DNA of 43,512 nt from Candidatus Woesearchaeota archaeon (GCA_964361295.1 CAYIAD010000001.1:1-43512), one strand, 5' to 3'. Shown: positions 1 through 8,447, counted from the stretch's first letter. The notes: a model not told the origin generated them from the letters alone. Numbers and translations are program-made.

Positions 1-61
1 GTATATAAAACTTTCTATACTCTAAAAATATTTTAGTAATTTTATAGTTACAGCAAAAAAG

Positions 62-75
62 AAAGATTTATAAAA
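62..75 (+). promoter_or_regulatory. BRE/TATA-like archaeal promoter box (AAAGATTTATAAAA) for the radical SAM operon
   Basis: The A-rich BRE-like run plus TTTATAAA ends 21 nt before the ATG at 96. The same 13-mer AAAGATTTATAAA recurs at 2548-2560 (+) and 35806-35818 (-). Confidence 0.5.
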
Positions 76-95
76 AATAATAAGCTTGTTTTTTC

Positions 96-1454
96 ATGAA
101 ACTTGAAGGATTATTTCAAGGAAAAAATAGTGTGCTCTATGGTTCTGAATCTGAAAGTGTTTTATATGAAAAACTATCTAATACAATCCACACTGGAAAA
201 AGGGAAAGATTGAACGGATTACAAAAAAGAATAGAAGAATTAAATTATCGACCAATTTTTGAAACTAGTTTTTTAAGGAGATTACAGGATGACCCTCTAA
301 GCATTTTATTTTTAGAAATTACCGAACAATGTAACTTTAGATGTTCCTATTGTATTTATTCTGCAAATTATCCCAATGAGAGAACAGAGACTTCTAAAAA
401 TATGTCTTTTGATACTGCAAAAAAGGCAGTTGAGGGTTTAGTTCCACTCTCAAAAAATAATGTTATGATTGGGTTTTATGGCGGTGAACCCCTACTCAAT
501 ATGGATTTAGTTAAGCAAATAATGGGGTATTCAAAAGAAAAGTTCCCCTATAAAGAATTTGGTTTTTCTATGACTACAAATTTTTTTAATGCTGATAGAT
601 ATATCCAAGATATAGTTGATAATGGAATGTATATTAATTTAAGCTTAGACGGTCCAAAAGAAATTCATGATAAATGCAGAAGAACAAAGAATGGAGAACC
701 GACTTATGATAAGATAATTTCTAATTTAAGAAAGTTCGAAGAATATTCTCCTGGGTATATTGATTCACATATTTTTATTTTGTCGACATGCGACAATCCA
801 ATAGATATACCAAAAATAATAGACTTTTTTGAACAAAATAGATATTTTGTTACACACATTAATAGCCCAGATCCTAAGGGGAGAATAAATTTGGGAAAAA
901 GAATCTCTATGGAGGGTTCTGGAACTAATTTATCTAAAGAATTTACAAGAAGAATCTTAAAAGGAGAAGACCCAAAAATTTTAAGAAGATTATTTGATCA
1001 AGATTTGAAATCTGTTGCAGTGAGAGATGAGAGAATAATACCCCAAGAATTAATGTTAAATGGAAGTTGTTATCCTGGAAAGAAAAGAATTTTTGTAGAT
1101 GTTGATGGAGATTATCATCCTTGTGAAAGGTTTGGACACCGTTTAAATATCGGTTCTGTTGAAGAGGGCGTCCAACAGAATTTAGTGGACGACGCAATTG
1201 AATCTTTTGCGGAAATGAGAAATGAACTCTGCGGAGAATGTTGGGCTCAGAGAATTTGTTCTCCTTGTTTGCAACATGCAAAAGATCCTGAAGGAGAATT
1301 TTCATTAGAGGGATTGTCTCAAACTTGTGAGGGAAAAAAGAGTCAATTATTGATTGCATTAGAAAATTATACAAAATTATTTCAGTCTGATATTCAAAAA
1401 ACAGAAAATTATATTAAAAACATTAATCCACTATTTGAAAGGAGGTTAATCTAA
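96..1454 (+). CDS. Radical SAM enzyme with C-terminal SPASM-type auxiliary cluster domain (peptide/protein-modifying maturase, anSME-like)
   Basis: CNFRCSYCIY carries the CxxxCxxC radical SAM motif and GFYGGEPLL is the SAM-binding glycine motif. C-terminal Cys clusters CYPGKK..DGDYHPCERF and CGECWAQRICSPC fit a SPASM domain. Confidence 0.8.
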   Translation: MKLEGLFQGKNSVLYGSESESVLYEKLSNTIHTGKRERLNGLQKRIEELNYRPIFETSFLRRLQDDPLSILFLEITEQCNFRCSYCIYSANYPNERTETSKNMSFDTAKKAVEGLVPLSKNNVMIGFYGGEPLLNMDLVKQIMGYSKEKFPYKEFGFSMTTNFFNADRYIQDIVDNGMYINLSLDGPKEIHDKCRRTKNGEPTYDKIISNLRKFEEYSPGYIDSHIFILSTCDNPIDIPKIIDFFEQNRYFVTHINSPDPKGRINLGKRISMEGSGTNLSKEFTRRILKGEDPKILRRLFDQDLKSVAVRDERIIPQELMLNGSCYPGKKRIFVDVDGDYHPCERFGHRLNIGSVEEGVQQNLVDDAIESFAEMRNELCGECWAQRICSPCLQHAKDPEGEFSLEGLSQTCEGKKSQLLIALENYTKLFQSDIQKTENYIKNINPLFERRLI

Positions 1455-1456
1455 AA

Positions 1457-1702
1457 ATGGAAAAATATAATTTAAGAGGACAAGAAGGAAAAGTAGAGAG
1501 ATTAATAGATGATTTACAAACATCTCCCTCTAGAATGTATGACACAGATTCTGTTAAATACAATTTTGATAATTGTGAATGCCCTGAATGTCCTTGTTGT
1601 GATCCAGATATGAAGTGGTTGTGGCCAGTTGGTGTAGTGGTTCTTGCAGCATCAACTTCAATATTGGTTGCCGCAACTGCTGCAGAAATAGCTGGAAAAT
1701 AA
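1457..1702 (+). CDS. Small Cys-rich protein with hydrophobic C-terminal segment; candidate substrate (RiPP-like precursor) of the adjacent radical SAM enzyme
   Basis: It starts 2 nt after the rSAM stop, with a strong GGAGGT Shine-Dalgarno about 10 nt upstream. It has five Cys within nine residues (CECPECPCC) flanked by D/T residues, then WLWPVGVVVLAASTSILVAATAAEIAGK. Confidence 0.6.
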   Translation: MEKYNLRGQEGKVERLIDDLQTSPSRMYDTDSVKYNFDNCECPECPCCDPDMKWLWPVGVVVLAASTSILVAATAAEIAGK

Positions 1703-1720
1703 ATGCTTAATTAAGACAAG

Positions 1721-2341
1721 ATGGATACGCTCTTACCTGGAAGAAAAGTTTTAGTAGATAGAACAACCTGTTTCATTCATGGATTGGTTCATGGAAATCC
1801 TTGGATAAAAATAAATCCCTTATTTAAAAAAAGTGTGGCTCAAAAACTTGAAAAAGAAACCGTTCTTTGTGAAGATGGTTTTGTTTCTTGGATACCTAAC
1901 TCAGTATCGATGGGAGAAACAGAATATTTTGGATTCGGAAAGATGCCTACATTGAACAAGATTAATTTTTTAAAACACTTTTTTTATGATTATTTTTTCT
2001 CTATAGGAAAAAATGATGAACCCGAAATTTTTCATAAGATTAGGAGAATGAATTCGATTGAAGATTTAATCCAAATAAGAAACTATTTATTTAAGAATTA
2101 CTTGGAAGAGCCTTGTGGTATGAATAATTTAATGAACAAGAAAAATAGTGGGACAATAGACAATCCTAATGGAGACATTCCTTTTCTTGTTCGAAGATAT
2201 ATTTATGAGTCTAAAATTGCTTTAGATTATGCCGAAAAAAATGACTTAGATGAATTGCATATAGTTGTTGGATGCGCTCATGAACTTCCATTAGAATATT
2301 TGCTAAAAAATAAGGATATTTTGGAAAGATACTCTTTATAG
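1721..2341 (+). CDS. Hypothetical protein; weak resemblance to the TraB/GumN/PrgY-type fold
   Basis: The ORF is co-directional and 18 nt after the peptide gene. N-terminal CFIHGLVHG and C-terminal HIVVGCAHELPLEYL are loosely reminiscent of the TraB family GTAH / VGxxH motifs. This is pattern-level only. Confidence 0.3.
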   Translation: MDTLLPGRKVLVDRTTCFIHGLVHGNPWIKINPLFKKSVAQKLEKETVLCEDGFVSWIPNSVSMGETEYFGFGKMPTLNKINFLKHFFYDYFFSIGKNDEPEIFHKIRRMNSIEDLIQIRNYLFKNYLEEPCGMNNLMNKKNSGTIDNPNGDIPFLVRRYIYESKIALDYAEKNDLDELHIVVGCAHELPLEYLLKNKDILERYSL

Positions 2342-2351
2342 AAAAAAGCAA

Positions 2352-2519
2352 ATGAAAAATTATTCAGAAGAGAAATATCATAAAAGAAGTTTAGCAGAAA
2401 CAGGATTTAGTTTACTAAAAAGAAAGTATGGAGGATATACTCTGACGAAGTCAGCCAAATCTGCGAAAGCAGAGTTGTACTTGCGGACAATTGCAAGTAA
2501 TTTAAATTTGATAAGTTAA
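2352..2519 (+). pseudogene. C-terminal remnant of an IS5/ISH-type DDE transposase
   Basis: The 55-codon ORF reads MKNYSEEKYHKRSLAETGFSLLKRKYGGYTLTKSAKSAKAELYLRTIASNLNLIS. The Y-x-(K/R)R-S-L-(A/V)-E-T-x-F-S-x-(L/I)K-R-x-x-G motif followed by E....NL is typical of the last ~55 aa of IS5-family transposases. No upstream catalytic region is present. Confidence 0.55.
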
Positions 2520-2547
2520 GAGATTTTCAACAGAGCCGTAATATAAG

Positions 2548-2560
2548 AAAGATTTATAAA
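2548..2560 (+). promoter_or_regulatory. BRE/TATA-like promoter box (AAAGATTTATAAA)
   Basis: The TATA box ends 21 nt upstream of the ATG at 2582. The 13-mer is identical to the one at 62-74. Confidence 0.5.
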
Positions 2561-2581
2561 TTTGCAACCACTACAAAGTTA

Positions 2582-3265
2582 ATGAAAAACCTATGGATAA
2601 TTTTAGTATTTTTAGTATTTTTCTCTCCTTTAGTTCTTGCCCTTAAAAATCCTGCATCAGTTTATTGCGAAAATCTAGGATTTCAGTATGTTCGTGAAAC
2701 AAATGCAGATAATTCTGTTTCAAATTTTTGCATAATTAATGAGACAAAATATCCTGCTTGGGATTTTTATTCTGGAAAAGTTGCTAAAGAATTTTCATAT
2801 TGCGCTCAAAGAGGATATAATATTATTAGTGTAGAAAATGGAAAGTTCTCTCCTATTTCTGGTGCCTGCATAAATAAATCTGTAAAATTAACTAGAGATA
2901 TAACAAGCAAAGATTATATTCTTCAAGAGGATATAATGAATCTTGAATCTTTTCTTCAAGAAAGTAAGCCAGAGGTTCAAATTAATTCTAAGAGTGATTT
3001 AATTGAAAATACCATTGATATTTCTGGAGAAACCAAAAAAAATTCCAAAGGAAGTTCTTCATCTTCTAATTCAAAGTCCCATTCTACTAATACTAAAACT
3101 GGAAATTTTATAAATGAAGCAATAACAAGAACAGAACAAAATTTAATTCGGCTAAACCCTCTTCACTTATTAGCTAAAACTTCTAATTCAGGAAATAACT
3201 TTTTCCTTATTTTAATAATGCCTATTTCTTTGCTATTAATAATAATTATTAGGAGAAAATTATGA
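2582..3265 (+). CDS. Secreted/membrane-anchored protein with DUF333-like (putative hemolysin-type) Cys motif domain
   Basis: It has an N-terminal signal peptide. NPASVYCENLGFQY...FCII...WDFYSGK..YC matches the DUF333 pattern. A Ser-rich linker and a C-terminal TM segment follow. Confidence 0.55.
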   Translation: MKNLWIILVFLVFFSPLVLALKNPASVYCENLGFQYVRETNADNSVSNFCIINETKYPAWDFYSGKVAKEFSYCAQRGYNIISVENGKFSPISGACINKSVKLTRDITSKDYILQEDIMNLESFLQESKPEVQINSKSDLIENTIDISGETKKNSKGSSSSSNSKSHSTNTKTGNFINEAITRTEQNLIRLNPLHLLAKTSNSGNNFFLILIMPISLLLIIIIRRKL

Positions 3266-5376
3266 AAAAAATGTTTGTTTTCCTAGCTTTAATTTTTTTA
3301 ATTTCTTTAGTTTCTAGTCTTCCTAATGACTTTGATTGGAGCAATGTAAATGGAACAAACTGGATTACTCCTGTAAAAGACCAAGCATCTTGTGGAGCTT
3401 GTTGGGCATTTACATCTGTTGGAGTTACAGAAGCAATGTATAATATTGAAAGAAATGATTCTAATTTTGATTTAGATTTATCTGAACAGCATCTGGTCTC
3501 AAATTATTCTAGTGCTGGAAATTGTGATGGGGGGAGTGCTTTAACAATAGTGGATATCCGAGATAAAGGGGTCGTTGATGAAGAGTGTTTTAAATATCAG
3601 TCACAGAACTCAAATATGGATAAAATTTGCAGTAGTCCTAATGGAGGAGAATGGAAAAAAAGATTATGGAATATTAAAAGTTATGGTGGAATAAAGTGGG
3701 ATGATAAAGAAGCAATTAAACAAGCTTTAATTGAACATGGACCGATGTATTATGCTATTCAGATGTCGGGGGAGTTTATAAATGGAGTTTATTCTAATTG
3801 TTTTACTGGAGGAAATAGTCATACAGTTGTTTTAGTTGGATATAATGAGAGTGGAAATTACTGGATTGCAAAAAATAGCTGGGGAGAGAGCTGGAATGGA
3901 GATGGATATTTTAAAATAGATTATAATACTTGCTCTCCAAGAGATTATCTTATTTATGTGGGTCTTGATAAAAATCTAACTTATCAGACAAATGCAAATT
4001 CTATTTTACCCTTGGGAGTTGGAAATATTTCAGATATACAAAAAAAGGATGATAAAAAAATAAATCTTTTTGGAGCGTCGAGTGCAGATGTTTTTTTTGA
4101 TTTGTCTAAACAATCTGAAGCAGAAAAAATATTTTTGATGATAAATCAAAAAAAAGTAAATAATGTCTCAATGAATCTTGACTATTGCGGGAATAATTAT
4201 AATTTTACAATTCAGGGAAGTGAGAAAATAGCTAGGTTTAATTTATGCGATAATCTTAGTGAGTGCAATCAAATAATAAATTGTGGTTTAAATGTAACTT
4301 ACCGAGGGGAATCTTCTTCAAATTTGCTTCTTGACCTGTTAATTTTAGAAGGAGTTTATACTCATTGCAAATCAAATTTAGTTAATGTTTCTAGTGAGTG
4401 GCAGGATGAAGGGGAGTGCAGAATTAATGATACAATTATTCAAAATAGAACGACAACGCAGTATGATGCAAATAATTGCGAGGGAGTAGAGAATCAAACT
4501 TTTGTAGAAAAAAGGGATTTTGGATGTGATTATTGCGCGCCTAATTTAGTAAATACTTCTTGGTCTGAATGGGAAAATAATATTTGTTCTGGAGATAAAA
4601 TGAATCAATCAAGGTATAGAATAGAGTATGATTCAAATAATTGTTATGCTCTTACCGGATTAGAAAGTGATTATTTTGAAAATATCACTCACTATGAATC
4701 TCAATTAATAAATCCGATTTTACAATATACTCCTCTGTCAAAATGGGAAAATAGCGGAGAGTGCGCTGGAAATTCTCAGACACAAATAAGAACAGCGACG
4801 GAATATGACCTAAATGCTTGCGCTGAAAATCAAACAATTCAAGAAGAAAGAGAAATAATTTGCGGGAATTTAAATTTGGAAATTAATTCTGGTTGGAATC
4901 TTCTTTCAATTCCATATTCTGGGGGACTCTCTCCAGCAGAGATGAAAGATATAACTAATGGAGCTATTTATGACAATCAAATATGGCTTTATTCACCTAA
5001 TGGAATTTCTAGAGCAGATGTTAATCAGAAAATACTTCCTGGAATTGGATTTCGGGTTTATTCGTCGGAAAAAGTGAATATAAGTTTGCCAGGAGATTTT
5101 ATGTTTTCAAATAAAAATTTAATCAAAGGATGGAATATGCTAGGGACTTATGCAGTTGAACAAAACTTAAATGATATAATTGGAAATTGCTCAATTGGTG
5201 GAGGAGTTTGGTATTGGAATAGTGAAGAACAAAAATACGAAATAGATGAGAATAAAATTCTTCCTGGAAAAGGAATCTGGCTTTATGCACTTAATAATTG
5301 CACTCTTTATCAAAATAATCCTAGAGAGGGAAGAATTGAGAGTATGAATTTAGTTCCTCCTGGAAAAATTAGATGA
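3262..5376 (+). CDS. Secreted papain-family (C1A) cysteine protease with long Cys/Trp-repeat C-terminal extension
   Basis: It has a signal peptide, the catalytic Cys motif KDQASCGACWAFTS, the His motif GGNSHTVVLVGY, and NSWGESWNGDGYF. It overlaps the upstream gene by 4 nt (ATGA). The C-terminal half carries many N-x-S/T sequons. Confidence 0.85.
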   Translation: MKKMFVFLALIFLISLVSSLPNDFDWSNVNGTNWITPVKDQASCGACWAFTSVGVTEAMYNIERNDSNFDLDLSEQHLVSNYSSAGNCDGGSALTIVDIRDKGVVDEECFKYQSQNSNMDKICSSPNGGEWKKRLWNIKSYGGIKWDDKEAIKQALIEHGPMYYAIQMSGEFINGVYSNCFTGGNSHTVVLVGYNESGNYWIAKNSWGESWNGDGYFKIDYNTCSPRDYLIYVGLDKNLTYQTNANSILPLGVGNISDIQKKDDKKINLFGASSADVFFDLSKQSEAEKIFLMINQKKVNNVSMNLDYCGNNYNFTIQGSEKIARFNLCDNLSECNQIINCGLNVTYRGESSSNLLLDLLILEGVYTHCKSNLVNVSSEWQDEGECRINDTIIQNRTTTQYDANNCEGVENQTFVEKRDFGCDYCAPNLVNTSWSEWENNICSGDKMNQSRYRIEYDSNNCYALTGLESDYFENITHYESQLINPILQYTPLSKWENSGECAGNSQTQIRTATEYDLNACAENQTIQEEREIICGNLNLEINSGWNLLSIPYSGGLSPAEMKDITNGAIYDNQIWLYSPNGISRADVNQKILPGIGFRVYSSEKVNISLPGDFMFSNKNLIKGWNMLGTYAVEQNLNDIIGNCSIGGGVWYWNSEEQKYEIDENKILPGKGIWLYALNNCTLYQNNPREGRIESMNLVPPGKIR

Positions 5377-5517
5377 GAAGATTCTTACAGCAAAAACTAT
5401 TGGTGATTAGTACAATTCCGGACTAAACTGCCTCCTTACAATACATATATCAATTAGAAAAAAGAGGTCGCGAACAAAGAGCCATTCCATTAAATTTGAG
5501 ATGTGCTCCTTTCTTTG

Positions 5518-5540
5518 CTTCTTTCTTTTTAAGAAAGAAG
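5518..5540 (+). terminator. Perfect 10-bp hairpin (CTTCTTTCTT ttt AAGAAAGAAG) downstream of the protease gene
   Basis: The inverted repeat was read directly and is followed by ATTTT. It lies about 140 nt after the stop at 5376. A terminator function is only inferred. Confidence 0.3.
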
Positions 5541-5680
5541 ATTTTGGGCGGTGGGAAAATAGATTCATAGCTAAAACATACAAAAAAGCCATAACTTAAA
5601 CAGATATACTCTTAATTATAATCACTATAAAGTTAATACAATAGGAAAATATATAAACTGGGGTAAATATTTTAGAGGTT

Positions 5681-6439
5681 ATGGAAGAACCAATAGATAC
5701 GATAATTGTTTGTGGGGGGAGAGGAACTAGAATAGTAGAACTAACAGGAAAATATGGGTGCAAATCTCTTGTTCCGATCTTAAGAATTCCTGCAATCAGT
5801 TACTTAACAAATTCGATTAGACAAGTAGTTCCAAATTCAAGGATAATTTTAGCTACAGATGACCCTAAACTGAGAGATAAATTTAAAGGTATTTACGACA
5901 AACAAGAAATTGCAAATTATCAAATTTATGAAGGATTGCCGAGAGGTCCTGTACAGGCATTTTATGAGGCAGGAAGTTTGTGCAGATCAGATAAGGTATT
6001 AATCTTTTTTGGAAATCAATTAGTTTCTCCCAACCATATAAGAAAGATGCTAAAGTATGATGATGAAACTTTAGTCCTATCCGCTTACAATTTACTTTCA
6101 GAAAATAATTGCAAAGTAGCTACTTTAAATAGAGATGGGAAAGTGCTAGATGTAACAAGACATAGTCATTTAGAGTCCTTAAAAGAATCAGAGGTTTACC
6201 TTGATGTTCCTTATGTAGTCCCAAATAATTTCTTCTCTATGGAGACCTTTCCAGAAATAAAAAGATTATTTGTAAAAACTCCTATGTATAAGACTCGCCT
6301 AAATCAAGATGAAAAAGTAGTAGTTGAAAAATCTGATTTTCCAGCGGAATTTCATTTTAAAGAAGAATTCGGAGATTTAGAGGAATTGGTTAGCGAATAT
6401 TTTGCAGAGTTTATAAACAAATTTCGGGGGAGATTTTAA
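5681..6439 (+). CDS. Sugar-phosphate/NTP nucleotidyltransferase family protein
   Basis: The N-terminal IIVCGGRGTRIVELTG...KSLVPI matches the GxGxR nucleotidyltransferase signature. TATATAAA lies about 23 nt upstream of the ATG. Confidence 0.65.
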   Translation: MEEPIDTIIVCGGRGTRIVELTGKYGCKSLVPILRIPAISYLTNSIRQVVPNSRIILATDDPKLRDKFKGIYDKQEIANYQIYEGLPRGPVQAFYEAGSLCRSDKVLIFFGNQLVSPNHIRKMLKYDDETLVLSAYNLLSENNCKVATLNRDGKVLDVTRHSHLESLKESEVYLDVPYVVPNNFFSMETFPEIKRLFVKTPMYKTRLNQDEKVVVEKSDFPAEFHFKEEFGDLEELVSEYFAEFINKFRGRF

Positions 6440-6987
6440 TGGGAAGTCCTTATTGTTTAATCTTGTCAGGACCTTCTGGAAGTGGAAAATCAACAACTGC
6501 TAAAAAACTTTGGAAAGTTCTTGATGGAAATCCTGCATATTTAAGTCTTGATTCTATGAAACATTTTATTCAAGGAGCAAAATCAAACGATTATTTTTTA
6601 GATTTAGCCAGAAATAGTGCTCTTTTATTGACAGAAAATTATCTTAAAGTAGGTCATCCAGTTATTTTAGATAAAGCATTCGGTTCTTATGATTACGTCA
6701 GACCTTTTGTTGAACTTGCTAAAGAAATTGGAGTTGATAGCTATTATTTTAAATTGATTGCTCCCCTGAATATTTTAATTGAAAGAGTAGAAAGTAGAAG
6801 AAACTCTTCATTAGAGGAAAAAATCAAAATCGGAGAGTGGCCCCTCCCTGCCGGAAATGAATTAACAGCGAGATCGATTTATGAATTTTGTGAAAGAAAC
6901 AAACACGAAGAAGGCATAGAAATAGACACGGGAGAAAATTCTCCAGATAAAGTTGTTGAGATTATTCTTTCTCATCTCCAAAAATAG
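6439..6987 (+). CDS. P-loop kinase (AAA_33/zeta-toxin-like small-molecule kinase fold)
   Basis: The Walker A motif is GPSGSGKSTTAKKL. The start shares one nt with the upstream stop (TAATG). Confidence 0.6.
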   Translation: MGSPYCLILSGPSGSGKSTTAKKLWKVLDGNPAYLSLDSMKHFIQGAKSNDYFLDLARNSALLLTENYLKVGHPVILDKAFGSYDYVRPFVELAKEIGVDSYYFKLIAPLNILIERVESRRNSSLEEKIKIGEWPLPAGNELTARSIYEFCERNKHEEGIEIDTGENSPDKVVEIILSHLQK

Positions 6988-8056
6988 TTTTATTTTTCCT
7001 TAATTCACCAAAAAAAGAATTTATTTTTTCTAAGAAAACTCGCTGATTGTCTGAATATTTCTCATGTATTTTTTCATCGAAAATTTTTTCAATATTTTCT
7101 TCCACAAAATTTTCTGGAATGACACAAAGATCACAATTATTTTTCCCACACCAAATATTATATTTTGGTAAGAGTGAATCATTAGAAGCATCAACAATTA
7201 ACTTTAAACCATTGGCCTTAACTATTAAATAAACATGATAATCTAGATCTTGATGAGGCATATCAAGAATTTCTTTTGTAATATTCTGTTCTGACCACTT
7301 AAAAGAACAGACCTTTAACTTAACACCATAACCCAAATTTTCAAGAACTTCCTTTAGTCTAAAGCTTTTTTCCCAACATCGATTATTTATCACATCTAAA
7401 GGTTCATCTCTTATTTTTTCAAATTCCTTAATTACACTAGGATTAATATCTAAATGGTCTATACAATTTAGTTTCTCAACTTTCCATTTTCCATTTTCAA
7501 AAATTAACTCATTAACACAAGTATTTCCCTGAGGGATTTTATACATTTCATCTAACGAAGAATGATCTATAACTCCAAAAACAACTTTGTTTGTTCCTCC
7601 ATGTGCAACAATTAGAATAGTGTCTTTCTCGTGATGATTCTTTTTTATATCTTCGAAAAATGAATTTATCCTTTCAAAATGATTTTTATCACTTTCTCCC
7701 CCAATAGGAATTGCTTCCCATGAGTTTATTCCCTTTTCTACTTGTTGCTTTAAAAAAAGGTTCCATCCTTTTATAATATCTTCCTCTTCTCCAATCACTC
7801 CAAAATCTCTTTCTCTTAATCTCTTATCTAAAATTGGAGTTATATCTTTAGATTCAGAAATGATCTCTGCTGTTTCTTTTGCTCTTATTAAATCAGACGA
7901 ATAAATTGCATTGACATCTAAATTTTCAAATCTTTTCTTTAGAGAATTTGCTTGTTCTTTGCCTAATTCACTTAATGGAAAATCATTTTTTTGGCCCTGA
8001 TGAATGCCTTTCGCATTTCCAATACTTTCTCCATGCCTAATCAAAAAAATTCTCAT
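6962..8056 (-). CDS. Histidine phosphatase (phosphoglycerate mutase superfamily) fused to a C-terminal Cys-His-Asp (transglutaminase-like?) domain
   Basis: The N-terminal domain has LIRHGESIGN (RHG motif), SSDLIRAKETAEII, GGES and VAHGG. The C-terminal ~160 aa carries NRCWEKS ... DYHVYL ... IVDAS, spaced like a transglutaminase-core triad. Confidence 0.7.
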   Translation of the reverse strand: MRIFLIRHGESIGNAKGIHQGQKNDFPLSELGKEQANSLKKRFENLDVNAIYSSDLIRAKETAEIISESKDITPILDKRLRERDFGVIGEEEDIIKGWNLFLKQQVEKGINSWEAIPIGGESDKNHFERINSFFEDIKKNHHEKDTILIVAHGGTNKVVFGVIDHSSLDEMYKIPQGNTCVNELIFENGKWKVEKLNCIDHLDINPSVIKEFEKIRDEPLDVINNRCWEKSFRLKEVLENLGYGVKLKVCSFKWSEQNITKEILDMPHQDLDYHVYLIVKANGLKLIVDASNDSLLPKYNIWCGKNNCDLCVIPENFVEENIEKIFDEKIHEKYSDNQRVFLEKINSFFGELRKNKTIFGDEKE

Positions 8057-8078
8057 TTTTAAAAATAGTCTTCTTAAG

Positions 8079-8089
8079 ATTATAAATCT
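8079..8089 (-). promoter_or_regulatory. TATA box (minus strand AGATTTATAAT) for the 6962-8056 gene
   Basis: The 3' end of the TATA box is 22 nt upstream of the ATG at 8056. Confidence 0.45.
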
Positions 8090-8271
8090 AACTGAAAATT
8101 ATAAAGCTATTATAAAATAAAGAGGAGATCTTTTAGATTAGGATATATTAATAAATTTCGCGAAGCGAACTATCTATTTTCTTGTAGAGAAAACCAGTGT
8201 GCACATCAATTCTTGGGTGGTAGGTCGGGGGACAGCTAAGAGAGATTTTAGCTATTTTTATTCTATTTGAG

Positions 8272-8313
8272 ATTTTAGGAGAATTAGAAATTTCGTTGAA
8301 CTCCTCCTAAAAT
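8272..8313. other. 10-bp inverted repeat / hairpin in a 400-nt divergent intergenic region
   Basis: ATTTTAGGAG (8272-8281) pairs with CTCCTAAAAT (8304-8313) across a 22-nt loop. It is preceded by a direct repeat GAGATTTTAG and a GC-rich patch (GGGTGGTAGGTCGGGGGACAGC). Confidence 0.3.
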
Positions 8314-8427
8314 AGTAAATCCGAGATGAGAAGATTTATAATTCTAAGAGAATTTAGTTAGTTATGAAAGAAATAAACTTTTTTGAGTCCAAGAACTCTC
8401 ACTTAGGTTACAATGTATTAGAAAAGG

Positions 8428-8447
8428 AATATTTATAAATTAGTTTT
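8428..8447 (+). promoter_or_regulatory. Promoter 20-mer AATATTTATAAATTAGTTTT (TATA 8432-8439)
   Basis: The TATA box ends 21 nt before the ATG at 8461. An identical 20-mer lies at 22783-22802 upstream of the other giant surface protein. Confidence 0.55.

Noticed and set aside
943-1374. 143-aa ORF antisense to the radical SAM gene
   Set aside because: It lies entirely inside a well-supported CDS on the opposite strand, has low-complexity AT-codon composition and no motifs. It is a typical shadow ORF in AT-rich DNA.
5407-5592. 61-aa minus-strand ORF in the intergenic region after the protease gene
   Set aside because: It has no promoter or SD signal and a Lys/Arg-rich low-complexity sequence. 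It spans the 5518-5540 hairpin and is likely non-coding.
5681-8056. NTP-transferase plus P-loop kinase plus PGAM phosphatase considered as a cobamide salvage set (CobY/CobU/CobC-like)
   Set aside because: No CobS, CobT or other corrinoid genes are nearby. The phosphatase is convergent and fused to an unrelated domain. The motif evidence is family-level only.
8190-8245. GC-rich patch considered as a tRNA or tRNA fragment
   Set aside because: I could not find acceptor-stem complementarity, a T-loop (GTTCRANYC-like) or a D-loop by eye on either strand.
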